This document shows positions 19,922 to 29,136 of a stretch of 64,000 bases of DNA, one piece after another. The notes under the pieces were generated by a model. It saw nothing but the letters and a program-made list of their open reading frames with translations. It made no database searches and was not told where the DNA came from. The position numbers and the translations under genes are program-made. The stretch is taken from positions 23,502-87,501 of the forward strand of contig JAFSAP010000019.1 in assembly GCA_017440925.1 (NCBI GenBank), read 5' to 3'. Origin of the DNA: Oscillospiraceae bacterium (lineage in GTDB: Bacteria; Bacillota; Clostridia; Oscillospirales; Oscillospiraceae). Position 1 is the stretch's first letter. Each line of letters starts with the position of its first letter.

Positions 19922-20749
19922 ATGCTGAATTTGGGATGCCATTTATCGGCATCGAACGGCAATGCGGCCATGGTGAAGACAGCATTGTCTATTGGAGCCA
20001 ATACCTTTGCTTTCTTTACCCGCAATCCCCGGGGCAGTAAGGCAAAGCAGGAGAATCCTGCGGATGCGGCAAAAGCAGTGGCTATGCTGAAGCAGAACCG
20101 TTTTGCCCCGTTGGTCGCCCATGGTGCCTATACTATGAACCTGTGTACCGCTGATCCGGAGGCAAGAGCCTTTGCGGCGGAGATCCTGACCGATGACCTG
20201 CGGCGGATGGCTCAGCTTCCCGGCAATTTCTACAATTTCCATCCTGGCAGCCATGTGGGACAAGGCGTCGAGGCAGGCGTAGAACAGATCGCAGCTGCCT
20301 TGAAGCAGGCGCTTTCCCATGACTATCCCGTAACAGTCCTGCTGGAAACCATGGCAGGCAAAGGCAGTGAAGTGGGCGGCCGGTTTGAAGAACTAAAAAT
20401 GATTATAGATGCTGTGGGCAGCAGCGATCTGGGTGTCTGCCTGGATACCTGCCATGTTTACGACGGCGGCTATGATATCGTCAACGATCTGGATGGTGTG
20501 TTGGCAGAATTTGACAGGATCATTGGATTGGACAGGCTGAAGGCACTTCATCTGAATGATTCCAAAAATCCTTTTGCCAGCCACAAAGACCGCCATGAAT
20601 GCATCGGCCAGGGCAGCCTGGGTCTGGAAACCTTCCGGAGTGTTGTGAATCATCCGCTTTTGAAAGGAAAGTCCCTGATCCTGGAGACACCCAATGAGCT
20701 CCCGGGCTATGCATCGGAGATCGCTTTGCTGCGCGGTATGGAAATTTAA
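19922..20749 (+). CDS. nfo: Endonuclease IV (AP endonuclease)
   Basis: GCHLS, FTRNPRG, HPGSH, LETMAGKG, CLDTCH, HLNDSK, KDRHE, LETP. Confidence 0.96.
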   Translation: MLNLGCHLSASNGNAAMVKTALSIGANTFAFFTRNPRGSKAKQENPADAAKAVAMLKQNRFAPLVAHGAYTMNLCTADPEARAFAAEILTDDLRRMAQLPGNFYNFHPGSHVGQGVEAGVEQIAAALKQALSHDYPVTVLLETMAGKGSEVGGRFEELKMIIDAVGSSDLGVCLDTCHVYDGGYDIVNDLDGVLAEFDRIIGLDRLKALHLNDSKNPFASHKDRHECIGQGSLGLETFRSVVNHPLLKGKSLILETPNELPGYASEIALLRGMEI

Positions 20750-20814
20750 GAATTTGTTCATTTGACAGTTTGTAAAAAATATGTCATCGTATAAAGAAAA
20801 AAGGAGGTGGCGAT

Positions 20815-22524
20815 GTGGAACAGCTGAATATTCTGGCACAGGTGCAGTCCCTTGTGGGAGATTCCTTCCTGGGCTTTCTGCGTATCGCTGCACCTGTTGT
20901 GGCGGTGCTGTTGCTGCTTCGGTGCATCCTGCCGCTGCTGACTTTCCGGCGGGAACCGGAGATCTGGGCCTGGCTGAATATGCCCGACGGAAGCCAGATC
21001 CCCATCACCCACTGGGAAAATGTGATCGGCCGCAGCAAAAGCTGTGATGTGACCATTGACTTTTCCACAGTTTCCCGGAACCATGCGGTTCTGACCCGGT
21101 ATGATGACGGCAGCTGGACAATCACCGATGCCGGCTCCAAGGACGGCGTATTTGTCAATGGAAAAAAGGTGCAGATCAGTGCAGTCCATCCCAGAAGCCG
21201 GATCTCCATCGGTGGCGTGGAAATGCATCTGCAGCCCATTTCCGAAAAACAGGAGATCAAGCAGGCAAAGCTGCGCACCAAAGCAGCCAGCGGCTGGGAC
21301 AGTGTGGCAAATCTGATGCTGCTCAGCGTACTGCAGGTGTTTATGGTGCTGGGCTTTCTGCTTTCCGGAACGGAAGAAAGCATGATTCCCATTATCCAAG
21401 GCTTTGGCGGCATCCTGCTTTGCCAATGGCTGCTGTATGTGTTTTATGCGATTATCCACAGGTCTTCTTTTGAAGTGGAAACCATTGCCTTTTTCCTGTG
21501 CACCATGGGCATGGCGGCCATTGCTACGGTCAAACCAACTGAAGCCATCAAACAGCTGATTGCCCTTGTATTGGGTATTCTCGTATTCCTGCTTATCGGT
21601 TGGTCACTGCGTGATTTGGAGCGGGCAAAAAAGTTCCGCTATCTTGCAGTGGTGGCGGGCGTGGGCTTTCTGGTGGTGACACTGCTGTTCGGCACCGAGT
21701 ATTATGGTGCAAAAAACTGGCTGATTATCGGAGGTATGTCCTTACAGCCCTCGGAATTGAGCAAGGTCTGTTTTGTATTTGCAGGTGCCTCCACCATGGA
21801 CCGGATCATGCAGAAGCGGAACATCATCATGTTCATTTCCTATTCTGTGGTGATCTGCGGACTGCTGGCGCTGATGAATGATTTTGGCACTGCACTGATT
21901 TTCTTCTGCTCGTTTCTGATTATTGCTTACTTACGTTCCGGCAGTGTGGGTACTGTGGCCCTTGCCATTACAGCTTTGGGCTTTGCCGGTGTCATCGCTC
22001 TGCGGATCGCCCCCCATGCACTGTCCCGGTTTGCCACCTGGCGGCATATTTGGGAGGATCCCTTCAATGCCGGTTATCAGCAGACCCAGGCCCTGATGTG
22101 CATTGCCTCCGGCGGCCTGTTTGGTCTTGGACCGGGACGGGGTATGCTGCAGCGGATCTTTGCGGCGGATTCCGATATTGCATTTGCTACCATTTCTGAG
22201 GAATGGGGCCTCATTATGGCACTGCTCACGGTGTTATGCATTGTTGCCCTTGCCTGCTTTGTTTTGAGAACTGCTCCGGTTGCCCGCAGCTCCTTCTACA
22301 GCATCGGTGCCTGTACGGCAGCCGGTGTTCTGGTGGTGCAGACCATGCTCAACTGCCTTGGAACACTGGATGTACTGCCCTTTACCGGCGTGCCATTTCC
22401 GCTGCTCAGCAACGGCGGCACCAGCATGATCGGCGCCTGGGGTCTGCTGGCCTTTGTCAAGGCAGCGGATACCCGGCAGAATGCCAGCTTTGCTGTTCGG
22501 CTGAAAGGAAGGGATGATGCATGA
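20815..22524 (+). CDS. FHA-domain / FtsW-RodA-SpoVE (SEDS) fusion protein
   Basis: TM helix, FHA motifs IGR, SRNHA, GVFVNG; then GAKNW, LQPSELSK, GYQ..Q, SD..F..ISEEWG, PFTGVPFP.LS.GG. Confidence 0.9.
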   Translation: MEQLNILAQVQSLVGDSFLGFLRIAAPVVAVLLLLRCILPLLTFRREPEIWAWLNMPDGSQIPITHWENVIGRSKSCDVTIDFSTVSRNHAVLTRYDDGSWTITDAGSKDGVFVNGKKVQISAVHPRSRISIGGVEMHLQPISEKQEIKQAKLRTKAASGWDSVANLMLLSVLQVFMVLGFLLSGTEESMIPIIQGFGGILLCQWLLYVFYAIIHRSSFEVETIAFFLCTMGMAAIATVKPTEAIKQLIALVLGILVFLLIGWSLRDLERAKKFRYLAVVAGVGFLVVTLLFGTEYYGAKNWLIIGGMSLQPSELSKVCFVFAGASTMDRIMQKRNIIMFISYSVVICGLLALMNDFGTALIFFCSFLIIAYLRSGSVGTVALAITALGFAGVIALRIAPHALSRFATWRHIWEDPFNAGYQQTQALMCIASGGLFGLGPGRGMLQRIFAADSDIAFATISEEWGLIMALLTVLCIVALACFVLRTAPVARSSFYSIGACTAAGVLVVQTMLNCLGTLDVLPFTGVPFPLLSNGGTSMIGAWGLLAFVKAADTRQNASFAVRLKGRDDA

Positions 22525-23906
22525 ACCGTGTTACCAAACGAACCTGGCTGATGGGCCTGTTTGTGCTGATCCTTGTGGGCGGCATGACGTTTTTTATGAT
22601 GGACTACTGGGCAAATGCCGGTCAATGGATATCTGCTCCCGGTTCTCCTCATGTGAACAACCGCTCCAATATCGGTGTTGGTACCGTTACTGACCGTTCC
22701 GGCACGGTGTTTTTGGATATTGGTGCGGAACGAACCTATTCTCCCAGCGCAGCTACCCGCAAATCCACGCTGCATTGGGTGGGTGATCGTCAGGGCAAGA
22801 TCAGTGCCGGCGCGGTTTCCCACTATGCCGGTGCCATGGTGGGCTTTGATCCTGTCAACGGAATTTACAATGCCGGAGAGGCAGGGGGCATCACCACCTT
22901 GACCCTGTCAGAGCGGGTGCAGAATACAGCACTGGAGGCTTTGGCGGGACGCAAGGGCACAGTTGCCGTTTATAATTACAAGACAGGTGAGATCCTGTGT
23001 GCGGTTACAGCCCCCACTTTTGATCCGGACGATGTGCCGGATATTGAAGGGGATACCAGTGGCACCTATGAGGGTGTTTACCTGAACCGTTTTTTGCAGT
23101 CTGCCTATGTTCCTGGCTCCATTTTTAAGGTCGTCACCACGGCGGCAGCATTGGAATGTGTACCGGGAATCCAGGATGAAAGCTTTCGCTGCACTGGCAA
23201 GATGGAATACGGGGAAGGGGAGAATACGGCTACAGTTACCTGCGAACATGTCCATGGAACCCTTTCCCTGAAATCTGCCCTGGCCAATTCCTGTAACTGT
23301 GCCTTTGCCCAGATCGCAGAACGGGTGGGCAAGGATAATATGGTGAAGTATGTAAAGCAGTTCCAGGTTGTGTCCCCCTTGTCCTTTGACGGTGTTACCA
23401 CCGTTAAGGGTAAATATGATCTTACCGGGGCAGGTACCGTATCCTTTGCCTGGAGCTGCATTGGCCAGCATACCGACCTGATCAATCCGGCCCGGTTTAT
23501 GACTTTTATGGGAGCCATTGCAGGCGGCGGTGTAGCTGTGGAGCCCTATGTTGTGTCCCAGGTGACCTGCGGTGAAGAAGTTACTTATGAAGCAGAAACC
23601 ACCGTGACAGAACAGGTGATGTCTCCGGAAACAGCCCGCATATTGAAAGGCTATATGCGCAGCAATGTGAAGAATGTCTACGGTGACTGGAATTTTAACG
23701 GTTTGAACGTATGTGCCAAGACCGGTACCAGCCAGCTGGGTGGCGAAGAGATCTCCAACGCCATGTTTGCGGGCTTTGTGGAGGACGAACAGTATCCCCT
23801 GGCCTTTATCTGCGTGGTGGAAAATGCGGGCTATGGTGCTACTGTTGGCGTGCCCATTATGTCCAAGGTTCTAGCCACCTGCACTTCGGTTATGAACAAC
23901 GGATAA
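22521..23906 (+). CDS. Class B penicillin-binding transpeptidase (PbpA-like)
   Basis: N-terminal TM; SIFK (SxxK), SCN (SxN), KTGT motifs; ATGA overlap with SEDS gene. Confidence 0.9.
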   Translation: MNRVTKRTWLMGLFVLILVGGMTFFMMDYWANAGQWISAPGSPHVNNRSNIGVGTVTDRSGTVFLDIGAERTYSPSAATRKSTLHWVGDRQGKISAGAVSHYAGAMVGFDPVNGIYNAGEAGGITTLTLSERVQNTALEALAGRKGTVAVYNYKTGEILCAVTAPTFDPDDVPDIEGDTSGTYEGVYLNRFLQSAYVPGSIFKVVTTAAALECVPGIQDESFRCTGKMEYGEGENTATVTCEHVHGTLSLKSALANSCNCAFAQIAERVGKDNMVKYVKQFQVVSPLSFDGVTTVKGKYDLTGAGTVSFAWSCIGQHTDLINPARFMTFMGAIAGGGVAVEPYVVSQVTCGEEVTYEAETTVTEQVMSPETARILKGYMRSNVKNVYGDWNFNGLNVCAKTGTSQLGGEEISNAMFAGFVEDEQYPLAFICVVENAGYGATVGVPIMSKVLATCTSVMNNG

Positions 23907-23970
23907 GCGCTTTGTGTGTTGTGCACAAAAAAAGAAGAAAACTGACATGTAAGTTGTGGTATTTGGCTCG

Positions 23971-23999
23971 TTGACAAATGTCCTCAAGAGAGATACAAT
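23971..23999 (+). promoter_or_regulatory. sigmaA promoter of liv leader/operon
   Basis: TTGACA-17 bp-TACAAT. Confidence 0.8.
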
Positions 24000-24030
24000 A
24001 GCTTCACATTCGAGAGGGAGGGATACCGCA

Positions 24031-24198
24031 ATGACAGCTTTTGGTTCCATGAACACCAACAGCTTCAGCTACTGCTCTATGGCAGCGGTGGGTTCCTCTG
24101 CGCGCATTCTTCCCATTCTGGACACTGCCATTTCCCTGGTAGTGTCCATTTGCGTTCTGTGCTTGGGCCTTCTGCGAATTATGATGCCCATCATGTAA
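24031..24198 (+). CDS. Putative Ile/Leu/Val-rich leader peptide of liv operon (55 aa)
   Basis: Strong RBS gagggagg; 16 of last 30 codons are I/L/V versus 1 of first 25; stop codon within antiterminator arm. Confidence 0.7.
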   Translation: MTAFGSMNTNSFSYCSMAAVGSSARILPILDTAISLVVSICVLCLGLLRIMMPIM

Positions 24199-24251
24199 CC
24201 GGAACTTCCTTTGTATGAAGAGGCGGTTACGAAATGCGTAACCGCTTTTTT
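24195..24251 (+). terminator. Attenuator: mutually exclusive antiterminator and terminator
   Basis: Terminator gcggttacg-aaatg-cgtaaccgc-TTTTTT (24223-24251); gtaaccg (24195-24201) can pair with cggttac (24224-24230). Confidence 0.75.
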
Positions 24252-24282
24252 ATAGGTAAGAAAATGAAAAGGAGACATCTTT

Positions 24283-25452
24283 ATGAAAAAGTTATTTGCA
24301 TTTGTGCTGGCCGTTATGATGGTCATGTCTATGCTGGCAGGCTGCGGTGCTTCCGAGTCTGCTCCCGCTGCTGATGCACCTGTTGCCGAGGCTGGCGCTA
24401 TCAAGCTGGGTATGTGCGGCCCTCTGACCGGTGGCGCCGCTGTTTACGGCACTGCTGTCCAGGCAGGTATGGAAATTGCCGTTGAGGAGATCAATGCCAA
24501 GGGCGGTCTGCAGTTTGCTCTGAACTGCCAGGACGACGAGCATGACACCGAAAAGGCTGCCAATGCTTACAACACCCTGAAGGACTGGGGCATGCAGATC
24601 ATGGCCGGCCCTGTTACCACTGCTCCCTCCAACGTGGTTGCCGGTGAGTGCGCCAACGACCAGATCTTTATGCTGACTCCCTCCGCCTCCGGTGCTTCCG
24701 TCATCGAATACGGCGACAACATCTTCCAGATCTGCTTCACCGACCCCAACCAGGGTACCGCTTCTGCTGACTACATGGCTACCCACGATCTGGGCACCAC
24801 CATCGGTGTTATCTATGACTCCTCCGATGTTTACTCTTCCGGTATCTTCGATAAGTTCATGACTCAGGCTGAGGCCAATGGTCTGAATGTTGCCTGTGAG
24901 GCATCCTTCACCGGCGATAACAAGTCTGACCTGACCACCCAGGTCACACAGTGCAAGGAAGCTGGCTGTGACGTGGTGTTCCTGCCCTTCTATGCCACCG
25001 AGGCTGCCCAGGTTCTGACCTATGCTGATAAGATCGGCTATAAGCCCGTTTTCTTCGGCTGTGACGGTATGGACGGCATCCTGACTGTGGAAGGCTTTGA
25101 TCCCGCTCTGGCCGAGGGCCTGATGCTGCTGACTCCCTTCTCCGCTGATGCTGAGGATGAGGCTACCAAGTCCTTCGTTGCCAAGTTCCAGGAAAAGACC
25201 GGCATCGTTCCCAACCAGTTTGCTGCTGATGCTTACGATGTTATCTATGCTCTGGCACAGGCCTGCGAGAATGCTGGCGTTACTGCAGATATGAGCGCTA
25301 CTGATATCAATGCTAAGCTGATCGAGCAGTTCACCTCCATGACCTTTGACGGTCTGACTGGCGCAGGCATGACTTGGGCTGCAACCGGCGAAGTTTCCAA
25401 GACCCCCATGGCCGTTGTCATTGAAAACGGTGTCTATGTTGGTGTGGAATAA
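24283..25452 (+). CDS. livJ: Branched-chain amino acid ABC transporter substrate-binding lipoprotein
   Basis: LAGC lipobox, GPLTGGAAVYG, EEINAKGG, F.D..QG, AYD; first gene of liv cluster. Confidence 0.9.
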   Translation: MKKLFAFVLAVMMVMSMLAGCGASESAPAADAPVAEAGAIKLGMCGPLTGGAAVYGTAVQAGMEIAVEEINAKGGLQFALNCQDDEHDTEKAANAYNTLKDWGMQIMAGPVTTAPSNVVAGECANDQIFMLTPSASGASVIEYGDNIFQICFTDPNQGTASADYMATHDLGTTIGVIYDSSDVYSSGIFDKFMTQAEANGLNVACEASFTGDNKSDLTTQVTQCKEAGCDVVFLPFYATEAAQVLTYADKIGYKPVFFGCDGMDGILTVEGFDPALAEGLMLLTPFSADAEDEATKSFVAKFQEKTGIVPNQFAADAYDVIYALAQACENAGVTADMSATDINAKLIEQFTSMTFDGLTGAGMTWAATGEVSKTPMAVVIENGVYVGVE

Positions 25453-25483
25453 TATTCGGAACAAAATAATGTGATTTCTGGCG

Positions 25484-25578
25484 GCTGGACAGGGGATTTT
25501 CCCCTGTCCGGCTTCCGTGCAGTATTGCGTCAACAGTCTATGAGAGGGACTGGATGCAGTTCCTGTCATAGACTGTTG
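25484..25578. repeat. Two intercistronic hairpins between livJ and livH
   Basis: ggacagggg-atttt-cccctgtcc and caacagtctatga...tcatagactgttg. Confidence 0.6.
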
Positions 25579-25597
25579 GAAAGAGAGGGAATAAAAA

Positions 25598-26479
25598 GTG
25601 AGTTTTCTTCAGTACTTAATCAATGGTATCAGTATCGGTGCTGTCTATGCCATCATCGCTTTGGGTTATACCATGGTTTACGGCATTGCCAAGATGCTGA
25701 ACTTTGCCCACGGTGATGTTATCATGGTGGGTGCCTATGTATCTTATTGTGTGACCAGTTATCTGGGTATGCCTGCCATCGTCAGCATTCTGGTGGCGGT
25801 GGTGGCCTGTACGGTTCTGGGCATCGTGATCGAGGGCCTGGCCTATAAGCCCCTGCGGGGAACCCCCAGTCTGGCTGTTCTGATCACAGCCATCGGTGTC
25901 AGCTATTTCCTGCAGAATGCAGCGCAGCTGATTTTCGGCTCTGCGCCCAAGAACTTCAAGAGCATCGTTACCATGCAGCCTCTGACCCTGTTTGGTGGTG
26001 GTCTTACCATCACCGGAGAAGTGATCATCACCATTGCCATCTGTGTTGCCATCATGGTGGGTCTGACCCTGTTTACCAGCAAGACCCGTATGGGCAAGGC
26101 CATGCGTGCTGTGTCTGAGGACCGAGCCGCTGCCCAGCTTATGGGTATCAATGTGAATCAGACCATTTCTCTTACCTTTGCCATTGGTTCCGCCCTGGCT
26201 GCTGTTGCCGGTGTGCTGCTGTGTTCCACCGTTCCCACGCTGATGCCTACCACCGGCGCAATGCCCGGTATCCGCGCCTTTACGGCAGCTGTTTTTGGCG
26301 GTATCGGCTCTATTCCCGGCGCAATGCTGGGCGGCATCCTGCTGGGTATCATTGAAACGTTCTCCAAGGCTTACATTTCCACCCAGTTCTCTGACGCCAT
26401 CGTGTTCTCCGTTCTGATCATCATTCTGCTGGTCAAGCCCGCAGGTCTGCTGGGCAAGCAGATCCAGGAAAAGGTATAA
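25598..26479 (+). CDS. livH: BCAA ABC permease LivH
   Basis: YAIIALGYTMVYG...NFAHG, GKAMRAVSED, FTAAVFGGIGSIPGA. Confidence 0.95.
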   Translation: MSFLQYLINGISIGAVYAIIALGYTMVYGIAKMLNFAHGDVIMVGAYVSYCVTSYLGMPAIVSILVAVVACTVLGIVIEGLAYKPLRGTPSLAVLITAIGVSYFLQNAAQLIFGSAPKNFKSIVTMQPLTLFGGGLTITGEVIITIAICVAIMVGLTLFTSKTRMGKAMRAVSEDRAAAQLMGINVNQTISLTFAIGSALAAVAGVLLCSTVPTLMPTTGAMPGIRAFTAAVFGGIGSIPGAMLGGILLGIIETFSKAYISTQFSDAIVFSVLIIILLVKPAGLLGKQIQEKV

Positions 26480-26489
26480 GGTGACGGCT

Positions 26490-27560
26490 ATGAAAAAACT
26501 TCTGAAAAATAAAACATTTCTGGCCAATTCCCGGATCTACCTTACGGTGATCGTTGCCTTCCTGGTGATGTTCTCCTTAAGCAATGCAGGTATTTTGAGC
26601 AGCTCCTGGAAGGGCTACCTGGTTCCTATCTGTGCCTATATCTCTCTGGCGGTATCTCTGAACCTGCTGGTAGGTATCTGCGGTGAACTGAGCCTGGGCC
26701 ATGCCGGTTTTATGGGTATTGGTGCATTTTCCGGTATTATTTTTGCAGCGCTCCTGAAAGATGTGGTTGTTTCCGATACACTGCGGCTGCTGCTGGCTAT
26801 GGTTGGCGGCGGTCTGCTGGCTGGTATCGTGGGCTTCCTGATCGGCATCCCTGTTCTCCGTCTGCGGGGCGACTATCTGGCCATTGTTACCCTGGCCTTT
26901 GGCGAGATCATGAAGAACATTATCGGCAATCTTTATGCCGGCGTGGATGAAAATGGTTTCCATATGGCCATCACCACCAGTAAAATGGCCCTGGGCGAGG
27001 GTGGTAAGTATATCATCAATGGCCCCATGGGTGCCACTGGCGTTCAGAAGCTGGCAACCTTCCCCATGGGTTTCCTGTTGGTGCTGTTTACCCTGTTTGT
27101 TGTTCTGAATCTGATCAACTCCAAGGAAGGTCGTGCTATCAAGGCTGTCCGCGACAACCGTATTGCAGCAGAATCTGTGGGCATCAATGTCACTGCATTC
27201 CGTATGAAGGCTTTCGTTGTTTCTGCATTCCTGGCAGGTATGGCAGGCGTTCTGTTCGGTCTGAATTATTCTTCCATCACAGCCACCAAATTCAACTTCA
27301 ATACCTCCATCAACATTCTGGTCTTTGTGGTGCTGGGCGGTATGGGCAATATCCTGGGCAGCGTTATTTCCGCGACCATCCTCTATGTCCTGCCGGAGGC
27401 CATGCGTTCTCTGGAGGATTACCGCATGATCCTGTACGCAGTGGTTCTGATCCTTGTCATGCTGTTTACCTGGTCTCCCAAGGTCAAGGAGATCGTTTCC
27501 GTGATTTCTGCGAAGCTTTCCGGTATTTTCAAGAAAAAGGAGGTAGAAACCAATGGCTGA
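26490..27560 (+). CDS. livM: BCAA ABC permease LivM
   Basis: SLGHAGF, LRLRGDYLAIVTLAFGEI, VVLGGMG. Confidence 0.95.
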   Translation: MKKLLKNKTFLANSRIYLTVIVAFLVMFSLSNAGILSSSWKGYLVPICAYISLAVSLNLLVGICGELSLGHAGFMGIGAFSGIIFAALLKDVVVSDTLRLLLAMVGGGLLAGIVGFLIGIPVLRLRGDYLAIVTLAFGEIMKNIIGNLYAGVDENGFHMAITTSKMALGEGGKYIINGPMGATGVQKLATFPMGFLLVLFTLFVVLNLINSKEGRAIKAVRDNRIAAESVGINVTAFRMKAFVVSAFLAGMAGVLFGLNYSSITATKFNFNTSINILVFVVLGGMGNILGSVISATILYVLPEAMRSLEDYRMILYAVVLILVMLFTWSPKVKEIVSVISAKLSGIFKKKEVETNG

Positions 27561-28395
27561 TTATCCGAAAAATGTTGTGCAGGTTCCTACCTTTAACCTG
27601 TTCCGTGAGCAGGATGCAGGCAAACTGCCGGTGCTGGACGTTCGGAACCTGGGTATTGACTTTGGCGGTCTGACCGCAGTTGACAGCTTCAATATTACCA
27701 TCGGCCCCACTGAGATCGCCGGACTGATCGGCCCCAATGGTGCTGGTAAGACCACGATTTTCAATTTGCTGACCGGTGTGTACCAGCCTACACGTGGCTC
27801 CGTTCTGGTCAATGGTATTGATATCAAGGGTATGCCTGTTCATAAGGTCAATAAGCTTGGCATTGCCCGTACCTTCCAGAATATCCGTCTGTTCTCTGAG
27901 ATGACAGCACTGGACAATGTCAAGGTGGGTATGCACAACGAGATCAAGTGCTCCTTCCTGTCCTCCCTGCTGCGGCTGCCGGGTTATTACCATGCAGAAG
28001 CTGCCGCAAATCTGAAGGCCATGGAGCTGCTGGAATTTATGGGCCTGGCAGATGTTGCTGATCAGAAGGCAGGCAGCCTTCCTTATGGTGTTCAGCGCCG
28101 TCTGGAGATCGTAAGAGCCCTCGCAACCAATCCCTCCATCATCCTGCTGGATGAGCCCGCTGCCGGTATGAATCCCAGTGAGACTGCCGAACTGATGCAC
28201 CAGATCCGCCGGATTCGGGATACTTTCCACATCGCTATTTTCCTGATTGAACATGATATGAATCTTGTCATGAATGTCTGCGAGACCATTGCTGTTGTGA
28301 ACTACGGAAAGATCATCTGCAAGGGAACCCCTGAACAGGTTCGTCAGAATCCTGCAGTCATCGAAGCTTACCTTGGAAAGGAGGACAACGACTGA
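27553..28395 (+). CDS. livG: BCAA ABC ATPase LivG
   Basis: GPNGAGKT, ARTFQNIRLF, LPYG.QRRLEI, LLDEPAAG. Confidence 0.95.
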   Translation: MADYPKNVVQVPTFNLFREQDAGKLPVLDVRNLGIDFGGLTAVDSFNITIGPTEIAGLIGPNGAGKTTIFNLLTGVYQPTRGSVLVNGIDIKGMPVHKVNKLGIARTFQNIRLFSEMTALDNVKVGMHNEIKCSFLSSLLRLPGYYHAEAAANLKAMELLEFMGLADVADQKAGSLPYGVQRRLEIVRALATNPSIILLDEPAAGMNPSETAELMHQIRRIRDTFHIAIFLIEHDMNLVMNVCETIAVVNYGKIICKGTPEQVRQNPAVIEAYLGKEDND

Positions 28396-29093
28396 TGCTG
28401 AAAGTTGAGGATATGCACGTATATTACGGAGCCATCCATGCCATCAAGGGTGTGTCCTTTGAGGTTGGCCAGGGTGAAATCGTTGCATTGATCGGCGCCA
28501 ATGGTGCCGGTAAGTCCACCATTCTGAAAACGGTTTCCGGCCTGATGCACCCCCGCAGCGGCAGTATCAGCTTCTGTGGTGAGAACATTGCCCATATGGA
28601 TGCCTACAAGCTGCTGCGCCATGGTCTGGCCCATGTTCCGGAGGGACGCCGGATCTTCCTGCAGATGACCGTCCAGGAAAATCTGGAAATGGGCGCATAC
28701 ATCAATAAGGAGGTGTCCCAGAAGGATCTGGAAACAGTGTTCAATTATTTCCCCCGTCTGAAGGAGCGCCGTAAGCAGATCGCAGGCACTCTGTCCGGCG
28801 GCGAGCAGCAGATGCTTGCTATGTCCCGTGCCCTTATGAGCCATCCCAAGCTGATGATGCTGGATGAACCTTCCATGGGCCTGGCTCCCATTCTGGTTGA
28901 CCAGATTTTTGATATCATCAAAGAACTGCATAAGTCCGGCACCACCATTCTCCTGGTGGAACAGAATGCCAGAAAAGCTCTGCAAATTGCAGACCGGGCC
29001 TATGTTCTGGAAACCGGCAATATTACCCTGAGCGGTACCGGTGCAGAACTGGCAAGTTCTGACGAAGTCCGGAAAGCCTATCTCGGCGGTTAA
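28395..29093 (+). CDS. livF: BCAA ABC ATPase LivF
   Basis: GANGAGKS, HVPEGRRIF, LSGGEQQM, DEPSMGLAP. Confidence 0.95.
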   Translation: MLKVEDMHVYYGAIHAIKGVSFEVGQGEIVALIGANGAGKSTILKTVSGLMHPRSGSISFCGENIAHMDAYKLLRHGLAHVPEGRRIFLQMTVQENLEMGAYINKEVSQKDLETVFNYFPRLKERRKQIAGTLSGGEQQMLAMSRALMSHPKLMMLDEPSMGLAPILVDQIFDIIKELHKSGTTILLVEQNARKALQIADRAYVLETGNITLSGTGAELASSDEVRKAYLGG

Positions 29094-29099
29094 CAATTC

Positions 29100-29134
29100 A
29101 ACACCCCCTGCATACAATGTGCAGGGGGTGTTTT
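29100..29134 (+). terminator. liv operon terminator that also contains a sigmaK/E-like -10 box
   Basis: aacaccccctgcat-aca-atgtgcagggggtgtttt; CATACAAT at 29111-29118. Confidence 0.75.
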
Positions 29135-29136
29135 GT

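Noticed and set aside
24000-24282. T-box riboswitch upstream of liv
   Set aside because: No TGGNACCGCG T-box motif or stem I AG/GNUG motifs seen; a translated leader explains the region better.
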